41,190 nucleotides of DNA from Candidatus Omnitrophota bacterium (GTDB lineage Bacteria; Ratteibacteria; UBA8468; MWAK01): assembly GCA_043797665.1 (NCBI GenBank), contig JAZDPL010000012.1, positions 1 to 41,190 of the forward strand. The letters are read 5' to 3'. Positions 7,562 through 16,069 of the stretch are shown one piece after another. The notes under the pieces were generated by a model. That model did not search any database and had not been told where the DNA came from. It worked only from the letters and a program-made list of their open reading frames with translations. The position numbers were made by a program, and so were the translations under genes. Position 1 is the first letter of the stretch, and every line of letters begins with the position of its first letter.

Positions 7562-8734
7562 TTATAACGAGGAAAGTAATTGGTCAATCCTGGGACTCAT
7601 CGGGACCGCAGCCTTTTCCGTTATTTCGTATCCGGTCTCAATTCTGGCCCCGTTAAATTCCGGATGCCCGAAGAAACTGACGTCAATACATATTGTCATC
7701 CCGGGCTTTAGCACGTCGTTGCTGTGGGGTCCAAAGAAAGGAGACTCTGCTTCGTGCAGGCCTATGGTGTGAACAAACGGGCAAATCAAGTACCGGGAAA
7801 AGTTATGCCTTTTGAAGTAATCCCTGGCCGGTGCGTCTATCTCCTGGCCGATTTTGCCGGGTGTAAGCTGTTCTCTGGTCAGGACGAACGCTTCCTTAAG
7901 ATACTTCATGCATTCTTTCTGTTTTTCGGTGTAAGAACCGGATACCGGCAGGGTGTCACCCACGACTCCGGCATACCCCTGCACCTTCGGTGCCATGCCA
8001 ACCATAACCATTTCGCCGGATTCCATCTTTTTTGCCCCGGCGGTGGGCACGACCGCGTTGGAACGTTTTCCGCTGCCCACGATTGCGGTAAACCCAAAAC
8101 CGCTGGCGCCCCGGGAGCGGGCGGCATATTCCCCGGCCGCGGCCACCTCAATCTCCGAAATACCCGGCGCCACTTTTTCTTTCATTGCCTCGTAACAGAA
8201 ATCCGCCAGCCGGAAAGCAGATTTAATCTGTTCGATTTCCCATTTTGACTTAACGTATCTCAAGGCGACATACTCCTCGGTAACGTCAACCAGTTCCACC
8301 CCGGAAAACCCTTCGGTAATCTGGCGGTAACAGTCGGCCGGCATCCTTCCGCCGCCGGCCAGGCCGGCCCGTTTTACTCTTCCCATCTTAGAGTTCATCT
8401 CCGCGAAGAGCTGCGGAAAATCAATAATCTCGGCGTTGGGATATTCTTCGTTGGGCACCATAAAAACCGGGAAGTTTCTGGTTTCCGTAATGGCGCTGTC
8501 CAACCTGGCGAAGGGCTCGCTCTCCGGACCGCCCAGAATCAGGGGTTCCCCTTCTTTCGGCACCAGAACCGCACCGATTTCAAACTGCGGGCACCAACCG
8601 GTAAGATACCAGCCGTTGCCGATGTTAAACTCATCGTAATAGACCAGTATCAAATCAAGGTTCTTCTCCTCCATAACTTTTCTGACCCTGCTTAGACGCA
8701 GGTCCCGCTCCTCTTTTCTCAGATATCCCATCAT
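7562..8734 (-). CDS. M24 (Xaa-Pro peptidase/creatinase fold) family hydrolase with degenerate metal site
   Basis: Creatinase-N-like start (RLSRVRKVMEEKNLD), LRYVKSKWEI, HTIGL, LKPGMTICID and GARIE. RBS AAAGGAGG precedes the tandem ATGs at 8734/8731. Confidence 0.85.
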   Translation of the reverse strand: MMGYLRKEERDLRLSRVRKVMEEKNLDLILVYYDEFNIGNGWYLTGWCPQFEIGAVLVPKEGEPLILGGPESEPFARLDSAITETRNFPVFMVPNEEYPNAEIIDFPQLFAEMNSKMGRVKRAGLAGGGRMPADCYRQITEGFSGVELVDVTEEYVALRYVKSKWEIEQIKSAFRLADFCYEAMKEKVAPGISEIEVAAAGEYAARSRGASGFGFTAIVGSGKRSNAVVPTAGAKKMESGEMVMVGMAPKVQGYAGVVGDTLPVSGSYTEKQKECMKYLKEAFVLTREQLTPGKIGQEIDAPARDYFKRHNFSRYLICPFVHTIGLHEAESPFFGPHSNDVLKPGMTICIDVSFFGHPEFNGARIETGYEITEKAAVPMSPRIDQLLSSL

Positions 8735-8781
8735 TCCTCCTTTATCGTGTTGGTACAACAAATCATCAGTCAAAGGTCTTA

Positions 8782-10146
8782 TTACAATAGCGCCGCAAAC
8801 TTGTTTTCGATTTTCACGAGTTCCCTGTGCACTTCAGGGGTGACCGCAGAACCAGGATGGTATTGCAGCGAATGTAAGATATCCTTGGCTTTTTCAACGA
8901 AAGACGGTTTTCCCTCATTTATCCACGCAGAGAGCGGGTTGACTGAAAAAAGGTCCGAATTCCAGGTGCATTCACGGAACCGCCGGACCGTGGATTCGTG
9001 TCCGAAAAAGTTTCCTCCGGGAGCAACATCTTTGATATCCTCCAGCGAAAAGCTGTCTTCGGAAAAATCGACGTTTCCCGTGGCTGCATCGATGAAACGA
9101 AGTATCTCCCTGTCTATAACCATTTGAAGCGGAGAAAAAATTTCCGCGGACGAAAGCATGCCTGCACCCATAAATACATCCGCTCCGGCCATGGATGCTG
9201 CGATTCCCTGGGCTGTTTTTTCAACGGTTGCCTGAACCCCGACTTCTTTGGCTGAAGTGAGAAAGGCTTTTGCAGCCGGAACGGAAATTCCATGACGCTT
9301 AGCGAGGAAAATACTCAGGAGCATGAGTTTGAAGTAATCTGGCCCGCTGAGTAGAATATTGCCGCTTCGCATGTCAACGGCATAACTCCAGAAGGCATCA
9401 ATCCGGTAGGAAACCGGACCGGTAATAGCGAGAAGGCGGAGCATTGTAACCGCGCCGAAACATTCTGCGGCGCTTTGTGCCAGTAACCCGGAAAGAGCAA
9501 CAGGCGCGGTCATACCACGGCCGGGCATGTTTGCCACCCTGATCTTCGGTTTTTTGTGACGAAGACGCAAAATGATATCAAGGCCGTTTCTATCTATCTT
9601 GAGGGGACTGGTTATCCACAGCTCGAGTCCGTGAGGTCGTCCGACCACTTCACTCATTTCAAGGCACGCTTCCGCGGTAATCGGATTTGTTGCCTGTCCC
9701 GCCCCATACGAAACACGGGCGTTTTCGTGCGTGAGGCGTTCCATGATAAGTTCCTGTTTCGGGCCCGGGACATCCATCGGCACTACGGGAGCGCATACGG
9801 CCAAACCAAGCGCATCCGCCTGACAGACGGTCCGTATGAGATCTTCCGTATTGGGAGAGCGGGTTTCATTGGTGGCCGAATCCAGCAGAATATGAGAATA
9901 GCCGCCGGTTATAAGGTGTGTATCATATTCCTCGCACCCTTTCACGTTTTCGATGTGGTGCTTCACGACTGCTTTCTCAAAACGGACTATTTCACCATTC
10001 ACGTGAACCCCCGCCGCGCCTTTCAGCATCTCAAGGATTTCTGGATGCGAAATTGCCATCCCCACATTTTCGAGAATCTTGAAAGCGGAGTTATCGATAA
10101 AATCCAATTGTTCATCAGCAAGAGCAGACGTTATTCGAAAACGCAT
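8782..10146 (-). CDS. Trimethylamine methyltransferase (MttB) superfamily protein, non-pyrrolysine
   Basis: EQLDFIDNSAFKILENVGM, VRFE, FSPLQMVIDREI and IKDVAPGGNFFGHEST; no in-frame amber codon. Confidence 0.85.
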   Translation of the reverse strand: MRFRITSALADEQLDFIDNSAFKILENVGMAISHPEILEMLKGAAGVHVNGEIVRFEKAVVKHHIENVKGCEEYDTHLITGGYSHILLDSATNETRSPNTEDLIRTVCQADALGLAVCAPVVPMDVPGPKQELIMERLTHENARVSYGAGQATNPITAEACLEMSEVVGRPHGLELWITSPLKIDRNGLDIILRLRHKKPKIRVANMPGRGMTAPVALSGLLAQSAAECFGAVTMLRLLAITGPVSYRIDAFWSYAVDMRSGNILLSGPDYFKLMLLSIFLAKRHGISVPAAKAFLTSAKEVGVQATVEKTAQGIAASMAGADVFMGAGMLSSAEIFSPLQMVIDREILRFIDAATGNVDFSEDSFSLEDIKDVAPGGNFFGHESTVRRFRECTWNSDLFSVNPLSAWINEGKPSFVEKAKDILHSLQYHPGSAVTPEVHRELVKIENKFAALL

Positions 10147-10194
10147 ATGTCCTCCTATGTATTTCTCCTTTTTAAGGAGTTTTCCCGTAACAGT

Positions 10195-10595
10195 TTAGTT
10201 TTCTTTGGCTCTCCCGGAATCCTGAAATCCGCAGGATTCACGAATGAGCAACTCCGGAAAGAGAACTTCCTTTTTGAACTTCTCTCCGCTAAAATTATCC
10301 CCGGTTAGCCTTAAAAGATGTTTTGCCGCTAATCTGCCCATCTTCTCCCGGTCCACCAATATCGTGGTCAAAAAGGGGGGGTCCGTCTTTCCTGTCGTTA
10401 GAAAAAAGCGCGTCAAATTCTAACTTTTCCTCAAGCGCCTTTCTGGTCACGGCGTATCCGCCTTCAATATGGAAATCGGAATATAATATCAGATTTTCAT
10501 TGAAATCAAGGTTCTTCTCCTCCATAACCTTCCTGACCCTGACCAGACGCAGGTCCCGCTCCTCTTTTGTCAGATATCCCATCATGCCTCCTTTA
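10195..10595 (-). pseudogene. Chimeric remnant: M24 hydrolase 5' end joined to LacI regulator 3' end
   Basis: 10503-10595 resembles 8652-8744. 10209-10505 is nearly identical to 30260-30647 apart from a deletion of about 92 bp. Confidence 0.9.
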
Positions 10596-12681
10596 CCTCA
10601 ATGATAATTGCGGCATAAGATTCGAGTCGAGCAACGGTTATGTTTAATTCTTCCGCATCCGTTTTCACGGTAATTTCGGCATTTCGAGATGAAACCGTCG
10701 GATTAGCACAAGACATTTTCAACCTTAATTCTATATCAGTTACCGGAATAATTTCTGTTATTTGCCGGTTATTGGTGGGTAGTGTCCAGGGTACGGTGCG
10801 ATTAGCCAGATGGATGATTGTCCGGTTAAAAATTGGTTGTTTCCAAACGGTAACTTCAACGGTACGGGGAGCTTTTACTTCTATCTGGCGTGCAGGCAAG
10901 ATGGAATTGAGTAGATTGGTCATCCAGGTTCCGATATGCTGGTCTCCGTGCATCGCGTAGTAACGTCCGATATCAAAAGCGGCGTAAATAGCCTGCCCGT
11001 TTTCGTAATTATTCTTGGTAAATACCGGCCATTCAGTAATTTCCATCGGTAACGGGTCATTTCCTCCCGAGACAGAACCAGCCGGGTCCACCGCAAAAAG
11101 GTGGGCAAGAGTCGTTCCCAACGTAAGGACCTTTTGCAATTTTCCTGAAGCTGGTTCCGGTTCCTGGTTGCCTTCAATAGCAAAGTGTTCTTCCAAGGAT
11201 TCCTGCCAGGAAACGCCAAGGACATTTTTCAGCTCAAAATTGGAACGGCGCACCCCTTTTTCATTACGTAACGAAGTTTCGGCAGTAGCTAATATCCGGC
11301 CGCCGTCGCGGACATAAGACTGGATATTGTTACAGAAGACGTCGCTTACATTGGCAGTATTAGGCAGTATGATAAGGTCGTAAGGAGTCAGATTCTCCGG
11401 CGAAGCAATTTTCTCGGCGGAGACGATATCAAAAGGAATATGTTCTTCAATCAAGAGTCGTGCCCATCCGGTTAATTCGTCTACCCACTGGGTTGGAGTA
11501 ACCCCGGGTTCAAAATATTTGCGGGTTGCCCACGAAAAGACCAGTCCGACTCTGCTGGCGGATATTGCTCCTTCACTCAAATCGCTGTCCTCCATATAGA
11601 AGTCCAGGCCTTTCTTGACATGCGCCAGTAATTTTTCTGCGCTTGTGGTATCTGGATAAGCTCCGATTCCACAGGGGCCGAAGACCTTACAGCCGTTTGC
11701 TTTACAGGCAGCAGCAGCAATCTGCCATTGGGTTTCAGAAATTGGCCAGTGACCATAGTGGAGCAGAGTTGAAGTCCGGAGAATCCAGGAAGGTTTTCCT
11801 GTGGAATGCTGCCACCGGACGTTGATACTGGTAGAATTCAGGTCTGATGACGGCGACAGGAAAGCGTCAAAACATTCGGAGACGTAAATGTCCAGAGATT
11901 TGACCCATTCTTCATCAAGTCCACAGATTGCAGGCACATACAGCGGGCTAAACGCATTATGGACTGCGAGCACGCCGTACTCTTTCAGGATAGCGGTAAT
12001 CTCGGTCAGTAAAGAAGCACTGCGTTCACAGCGCCAATTTATAAAATCCACCCAGTGTTCTTCCACCGATTTGCGGGTAATTTCTCTGGTCCCGCATATT
12101 TTTTCTAAAATTGGCCGGCAGTATTGGCAGACACAAATATTCGGGTTCAGTAACATGTCCAGATGGAATGCGTCTGGTCGGTAGCGTTCAGCAATTTCCC
12201 TGGTTATCGCCAGAATATCTTCCCGGTGGGGCGAATTTATACAGGGGAATCTCCAGGCGCCGCCGCGTAAAGTTTGAACCCGGCCGTTCGGCACTGACGG
12301 GTTAGCCCAGGAAACCAGTGGTTGTTCGCTGTAATACGGGTCATTCTGTTGTCCGAGGGGCAGATAGTTCCACTCCGCATGTTTGGAATCCAGCCAGTTG
12401 ACATACAGGACTACTTTTTTCCCCTGTCGACGTAAGCGCAAAAGAAGGTCCCCAACATAATCTTGATCTTTTAACTTAGGATGTTGCGGCCAGATTTTAC
12501 TGGGGTAATAAGCAATGCCAAATTGATTGGCGGCGTAAATAGTGATAATATCGGCGCCGGTGTTCAAAAGTTCTTCGACGATACGGTCAGGGTCATATCT
12601 GGCAAAAGCCGTTTCTTGTTCGTTATTTGCATACTGGTCGTACCAGTAAATGAGACTCCTTTTGTTAATCCAGTTGTCCAT
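10582..12681 (-). CDS. Glycoside hydrolase-like protein (GHL6-type TIM barrel + beta-galactosidase trimerisation domain)
   Basis: GIAYYPSK..PQHP.L...DYVGDLL, CINSPHRE, PDAFHLD, LIEEHIPFDIV, YDLIILPN and YVRDGGRILAT. Confidence 0.8.
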   Translation of the reverse strand: MDNWINKRSLIYWYDQYANNEQETAFARYDPDRIVEELLNTGADIITIYAANQFGIAYYPSKIWPQHPKLKDQDYVGDLLLRLRRQGKKVVLYVNWLDSKHAEWNYLPLGQQNDPYYSEQPLVSWANPSVPNGRVQTLRGGAWRFPCINSPHREDILAITREIAERYRPDAFHLDMLLNPNICVCQYCRPILEKICGTREITRKSVEEHWVDFINWRCERSASLLTEITAILKEYGVLAVHNAFSPLYVPAICGLDEEWVKSLDIYVSECFDAFLSPSSDLNSTSINVRWQHSTGKPSWILRTSTLLHYGHWPISETQWQIAAAACKANGCKVFGPCGIGAYPDTTSAEKLLAHVKKGLDFYMEDSDLSEGAISASRVGLVFSWATRKYFEPGVTPTQWVDELTGWARLLIEEHIPFDIVSAEKIASPENLTPYDLIILPNTANVSDVFCNNIQSYVRDGGRILATAETSLRNEKGVRRSNFELKNVLGVSWQESLEEHFAIEGNQEPEPASGKLQKVLTLGTTLAHLFAVDPAGSVSGGNDPLPMEITEWPVFTKNNYENGQAIYAAFDIGRYYAMHGDQHIGTWMTNLLNSILPARQIEVKAPRTVEVTVWKQPIFNRTIIHLANRTVPWTLPTNNRQITEIIPVTDIELRLKMSCANPTVSSRNAEITVKTDAEELNITVARLESYAAIIIEVKEA

Positions 12682-12692
12682 GTGTATTCCCT

Positions 12693-13757
12693 TTACCATG
12701 TTTTATCCAGTTTTTCGAGCACATCATAATAATAGTCATAATTTTCGAGGGAGATGGTACGATCAACTGAATGCGCTCCGATTATAACACCGCCATCTTT
12801 CGCCACTTCTACAATGGATTTTACTTCGCGTTCAATGTTCTGATGTGTTCCCTTGCTCAGAATATGGATATTGCACATTCCGCCAATCAGACTTAATCGT
12901 TTTCCGTATTTTGCCTTTACTGCAGGGATGGTCATTCCCGTTGTAGGATAGACACCTTGAACACCCGTAAATCCCGCTTCCAGCAATAGATCCATTACGG
13001 GAAGACTGTTGCCGTCAAAATGAAGGATGATATTCTGGGCACCTTTTGATTTCCAATAAGAAATCATTTTCTTATAAGGAATAAGGAAAATTCTTTCAAA
13101 AACACCTGGGGATATCAACGTGGTTTGATTCGTTCCAAAATCATCGTATACCCAGATGGCCGTATTCCATGTATTAGTGTATCGCAAAACGTTTTCTCCG
13201 ACAACTGTTAAGAAAGCAGCTATTTTTTCAACAAGGGCACGGCAAAATTGTTCGTCATCAACAAGGTCCATCAAAAATGGTATCTCCCCGCGCAAATACC
13301 ACGAAGGCATAAATAATCCCATCACACCCGATACCGGTGCAAAACGGTCATGGATACTTTTCTCATGTGCAACAATATCTGCATATCTTGTTGGGTCATG
13401 GGGATCTTCAAACTGCAATTTATCAAGATCTCCTTTCTCTTTGATCGCTGTCTCAAGAACTTCAAAGAAATATCCACTGCGGTTGTACCTCTTAAGTATA
13501 CCCCAGCTATTCCGTTCCCAGTAGATGTCATCATCTATTTCTTTAGTACATTTTTGTCCAATGAATGGACCTTCCTGGGTCGCTAAGACTGCACCGATAT
13601 CTATTTTCGGATACCAGTCATAGATGTTGGCATCGTTACCAACACGTTTTATTTCCCTCCAGTGGTTGACAAAATCGGGTAAAAAAATCTCATACCTAGG
13701 AATGCGATCCGGCTTCTTGTTATTCAAGGCTGTAATTACGCGCTCTCTTGCTGTCAT
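12693..13757 (-). CDS. Uroporphyrinogen decarboxylase / MtaA-CmuA family protein
   Basis: MTARERVITALNNKKPDRIP, WVYDDFGT...LISP..F, ILHFDGN and KAKYGKRLSLIGG. Confidence 0.88.
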   Translation of the reverse strand: MTARERVITALNNKKPDRIPRYEIFLPDFVNHWREIKRVGNDANIYDWYPKIDIGAVLATQEGPFIGQKCTKEIDDDIYWERNSWGILKRYNRSGYFFEVLETAIKEKGDLDKLQFEDPHDPTRYADIVAHEKSIHDRFAPVSGVMGLFMPSWYLRGEIPFLMDLVDDEQFCRALVEKIAAFLTVVGENVLRYTNTWNTAIWVYDDFGTNQTTLISPGVFERIFLIPYKKMISYWKSKGAQNIILHFDGNSLPVMDLLLEAGFTGVQGVYPTTGMTIPAVKAKYGKRLSLIGGMCNIHILSKGTHQNIEREVKSIVEVAKDGGVIIGAHSVDRTISLENYDYYYDVLEKLDKTW

Positions 13758-13873
13758 CCTGAATCCCTCCTAACAAATCTCTTCACAAGCGCAAAAGTCT
13801 ATGGATATTCGGTCTGGTTTTTGAAAATTATAGACCCTTAGGCCCCGTTCTTTAGAAGACATTTCTACCTTCT

Positions 13874-15907
13874 TTACTCAAATACCACTATCTGGTAGCC
13901 CTTAACTTCCGGGACAATAACCTTTACGTAATCTCCGGCTGATTGAAATTTAAGTTTTCTTTTCTCCGGCGCCAGATAAACAAAGGTTATCTTTTGCCCG
14001 TCAATTCTTAAAGCCACCCCTACGTTTCTTACCTCAATTGGTTCCTCGATAATCTGATTCTGTTTTCCCCTTAGTTCCGGAAGGTAGGTGAGCAGATGGA
14101 CCATCCTGCTTTTATCCTTTTGGGTAACTGTAATCTGTCCAAAGGAAGGGAAGTTAAGAACTTTTACCAGCGGGGCTGGCAGAACTTTCTCTAAACAGTT
14201 CCGGACTAAGTTTTTATACGCCACCACCGCATGTTCAAAATAGCCGGTAAAGACCGGAAAACTAAAATGGAAGATATTACCGCAACGGACCAGGGCTGGC
14301 CTGCCGGAATCTTTTTCCGGCGGGATATACAAGTTTTCGTGGTACCAGTCCCAGGATTTAAGATTAAAATAGGGCTGGTACAGTTTTGCTAAAACATGGC
14401 TACCTTTTTTCGGCTTCATTGCGATGCCGGGGTTGTAAATTGTAGTGAGCATTTCGGGTAAATCCCGGCTGACTTCAGGGAGGGGTTCAAAAAAGGAGTA
14501 GTGATAAGGTTCCGGTCCTTCGTACGTAACCTGGTACTCTTCTAAAACGAACTTTGTCTTTTCCGGGTCCAGTCCGGAAGAGGCCGAACTGATGATAAAG
14601 CCTCCCCTCTTTAAGTGTTTTTGTAGGTTCTGCTTCAGTTTATCGTCCACCAGCACCTTGTCTGGTAGTATCACCACTTTATATGGAGACAGATCATCAT
14701 CACCGTTGCTGATATTGAACTGATACTTCAGTTCCATCAACATCCGGGCGGTACCGGCAAGATTAGCGGAGTCGAAATGCATATCTCTGCTTTTAAGAGC
14801 CGGGTCAACAACCAAAATGTCGGTCAGAGACTTGGCGCCATAGGTCCACGGTTCTAATGGTTTGATCTGGTTATAAACCTTGCCGACTAAATTGTAAACC
14901 GCAGGTTCTAATTTCCCTTTAGGGTGCATATGGTCGCCGACCATGCAGGTTCCGGTGTTACTGAGGGAATTGTAACAATCAAAAAGGAGAGAGTGTTCTG
15001 GTCTTAATCCTCCAAAATCCCCCCAACTTTCGTGAAACCTGCCGGTCATGGTAAAGAAAGGCTTCTTCAGGGTGCGGACGTAGCGGATGACCCAAGGCAG
15101 GTAGTCGTAGCCCCATCCGCCGGTAGGTAAAACCTCTATTTCAATATGGTCAGGCTGGTCCTGAAAGGGTAAGCCATTGAAGTAGAGATAAGCATCTTCC
15201 CGGCTCTTCTTAACTAATTTCGTCGTTTCTTCCCGGAACCGGTTGGTTACTGTCCAGCAGAACTCTTCCGCCTGATGTTCGTCAAAGGGGTCCATACCTA
15301 ACTTCTTCATTCCATCCAGGCATTCCACACCATAACAGGGCGAAAGGGTGAAACAGTCTAAGAAAATGCCATCAACCGGATACCATTCCAGAACCTCTTT
15401 TATCATTTCTAAAAGGTGTTCCCGATAGCCGGTATTCAGGCACATTCTGCGGAAGAAGTGGCTATAGCGCTCCTGCTTCATCGCTTGCATTTCATAGACC
15501 TGGCCATCTTTGTTCATCTTACACCACTCCCGGTGCCGGATAGCGTGTTCGTGGTCAAGTCCGGCGTTAAAGTAAGCGGCCACCCGGATGTTCTTCTTGT
15601 GGCAGGCTTCCACCATCGGTCCCAATAAGTCTGCTCTTTCCGCATCATTCTCTTTTGTCATTCCGGCATGTTTTAAGCCAGAATCTATTTTTTCCCTTAT
15701 TAGTCCCGGATGTACAATTCCCACCTTGGTCGGGTAATAGGCAAAGCCCAGGTTACACCGGGCAAAGACCGTAATGTACTCAACTCCGGCATTTTTAAGC
15801 GTCCGGGCGAATTCCCCAGCCTTGAAATCCCTGCCCACGTCATAAATTCCCGGCATCGTGTGGAAATCCAGATGTATTCCCCGTTTTGGAAACTGATTAT
15901 ACGACAT
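13874..15907 (-). CDS. GH151-like alpha-L-fucosidase / GHL6 family glycoside hydrolase
   Basis: IHLDFHT, ITVFARC..GFAYYPTKVG..HPGL, DLLGPMVEACH, VDGIFLD, TGRFHESWGDFGG and VGDHMHP. Confidence 0.85.
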   Translation of the reverse strand: MSYNQFPKRGIHLDFHTMPGIYDVGRDFKAGEFARTLKNAGVEYITVFARCNLGFAYYPTKVGIVHPGLIREKIDSGLKHAGMTKENDAERADLLGPMVEACHKKNIRVAAYFNAGLDHEHAIRHREWCKMNKDGQVYEMQAMKQERYSHFFRRMCLNTGYREHLLEMIKEVLEWYPVDGIFLDCFTLSPCYGVECLDGMKKLGMDPFDEHQAEEFCWTVTNRFREETTKLVKKSREDAYLYFNGLPFQDQPDHIEIEVLPTGGWGYDYLPWVIRYVRTLKKPFFTMTGRFHESWGDFGGLRPEHSLLFDCYNSLSNTGTCMVGDHMHPKGKLEPAVYNLVGKVYNQIKPLEPWTYGAKSLTDILVVDPALKSRDMHFDSANLAGTARMLMELKYQFNISNGDDDLSPYKVVILPDKVLVDDKLKQNLQKHLKRGGFIISSASSGLDPEKTKFVLEEYQVTYEGPEPYHYSFFEPLPEVSRDLPEMLTTIYNPGIAMKPKKGSHVLAKLYQPYFNLKSWDWYHENLYIPPEKDSGRPALVRCGNIFHFSFPVFTGYFEHAVVAYKNLVRNCLEKVLPAPLVKVLNFPSFGQITVTQKDKSRMVHLLTYLPELRGKQNQIIEEPIEVRNVGVALRIDGQKITFVYLAPEKRKLKFQSAGDYVKVIVPEVKGYQIVVFE

Positions 15908-16069
15908 ACATTCTCCTTTTTGGATTCTTCATTCCCTTTCTAATACTATGGAAAAACCCGTGCTCAGAATGACAAATTGAGGTGTCATTTTGAGCGAGTA
16001 TAATGATGTGTTTGGTCTTGGCAATTCAATCTTCTTTCTACCCTAAAACCTAATATAAAAAAGAGCTGA

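Noticed and set aside
8782..10146. Pyrrolysine recoding in the MttB-family gene
   Set aside because: The ORF is continuous, ends in TAA and no pyl genes are present.
10178..10192. TGTTACGGGAAAAC as a LacI/GntR-type operator (also TGATAGAATAACA near 31302-31314)
   Set aside because: Only loose half-site matches with inconsistent spacing.
10209..10505. Duplicated segment as a diversity-generating retroelement template/variable repeat
   Set aside because: No reverse transcriptase in the window, the differences are not adenine-specific, and the repeat is a LacI fragment.
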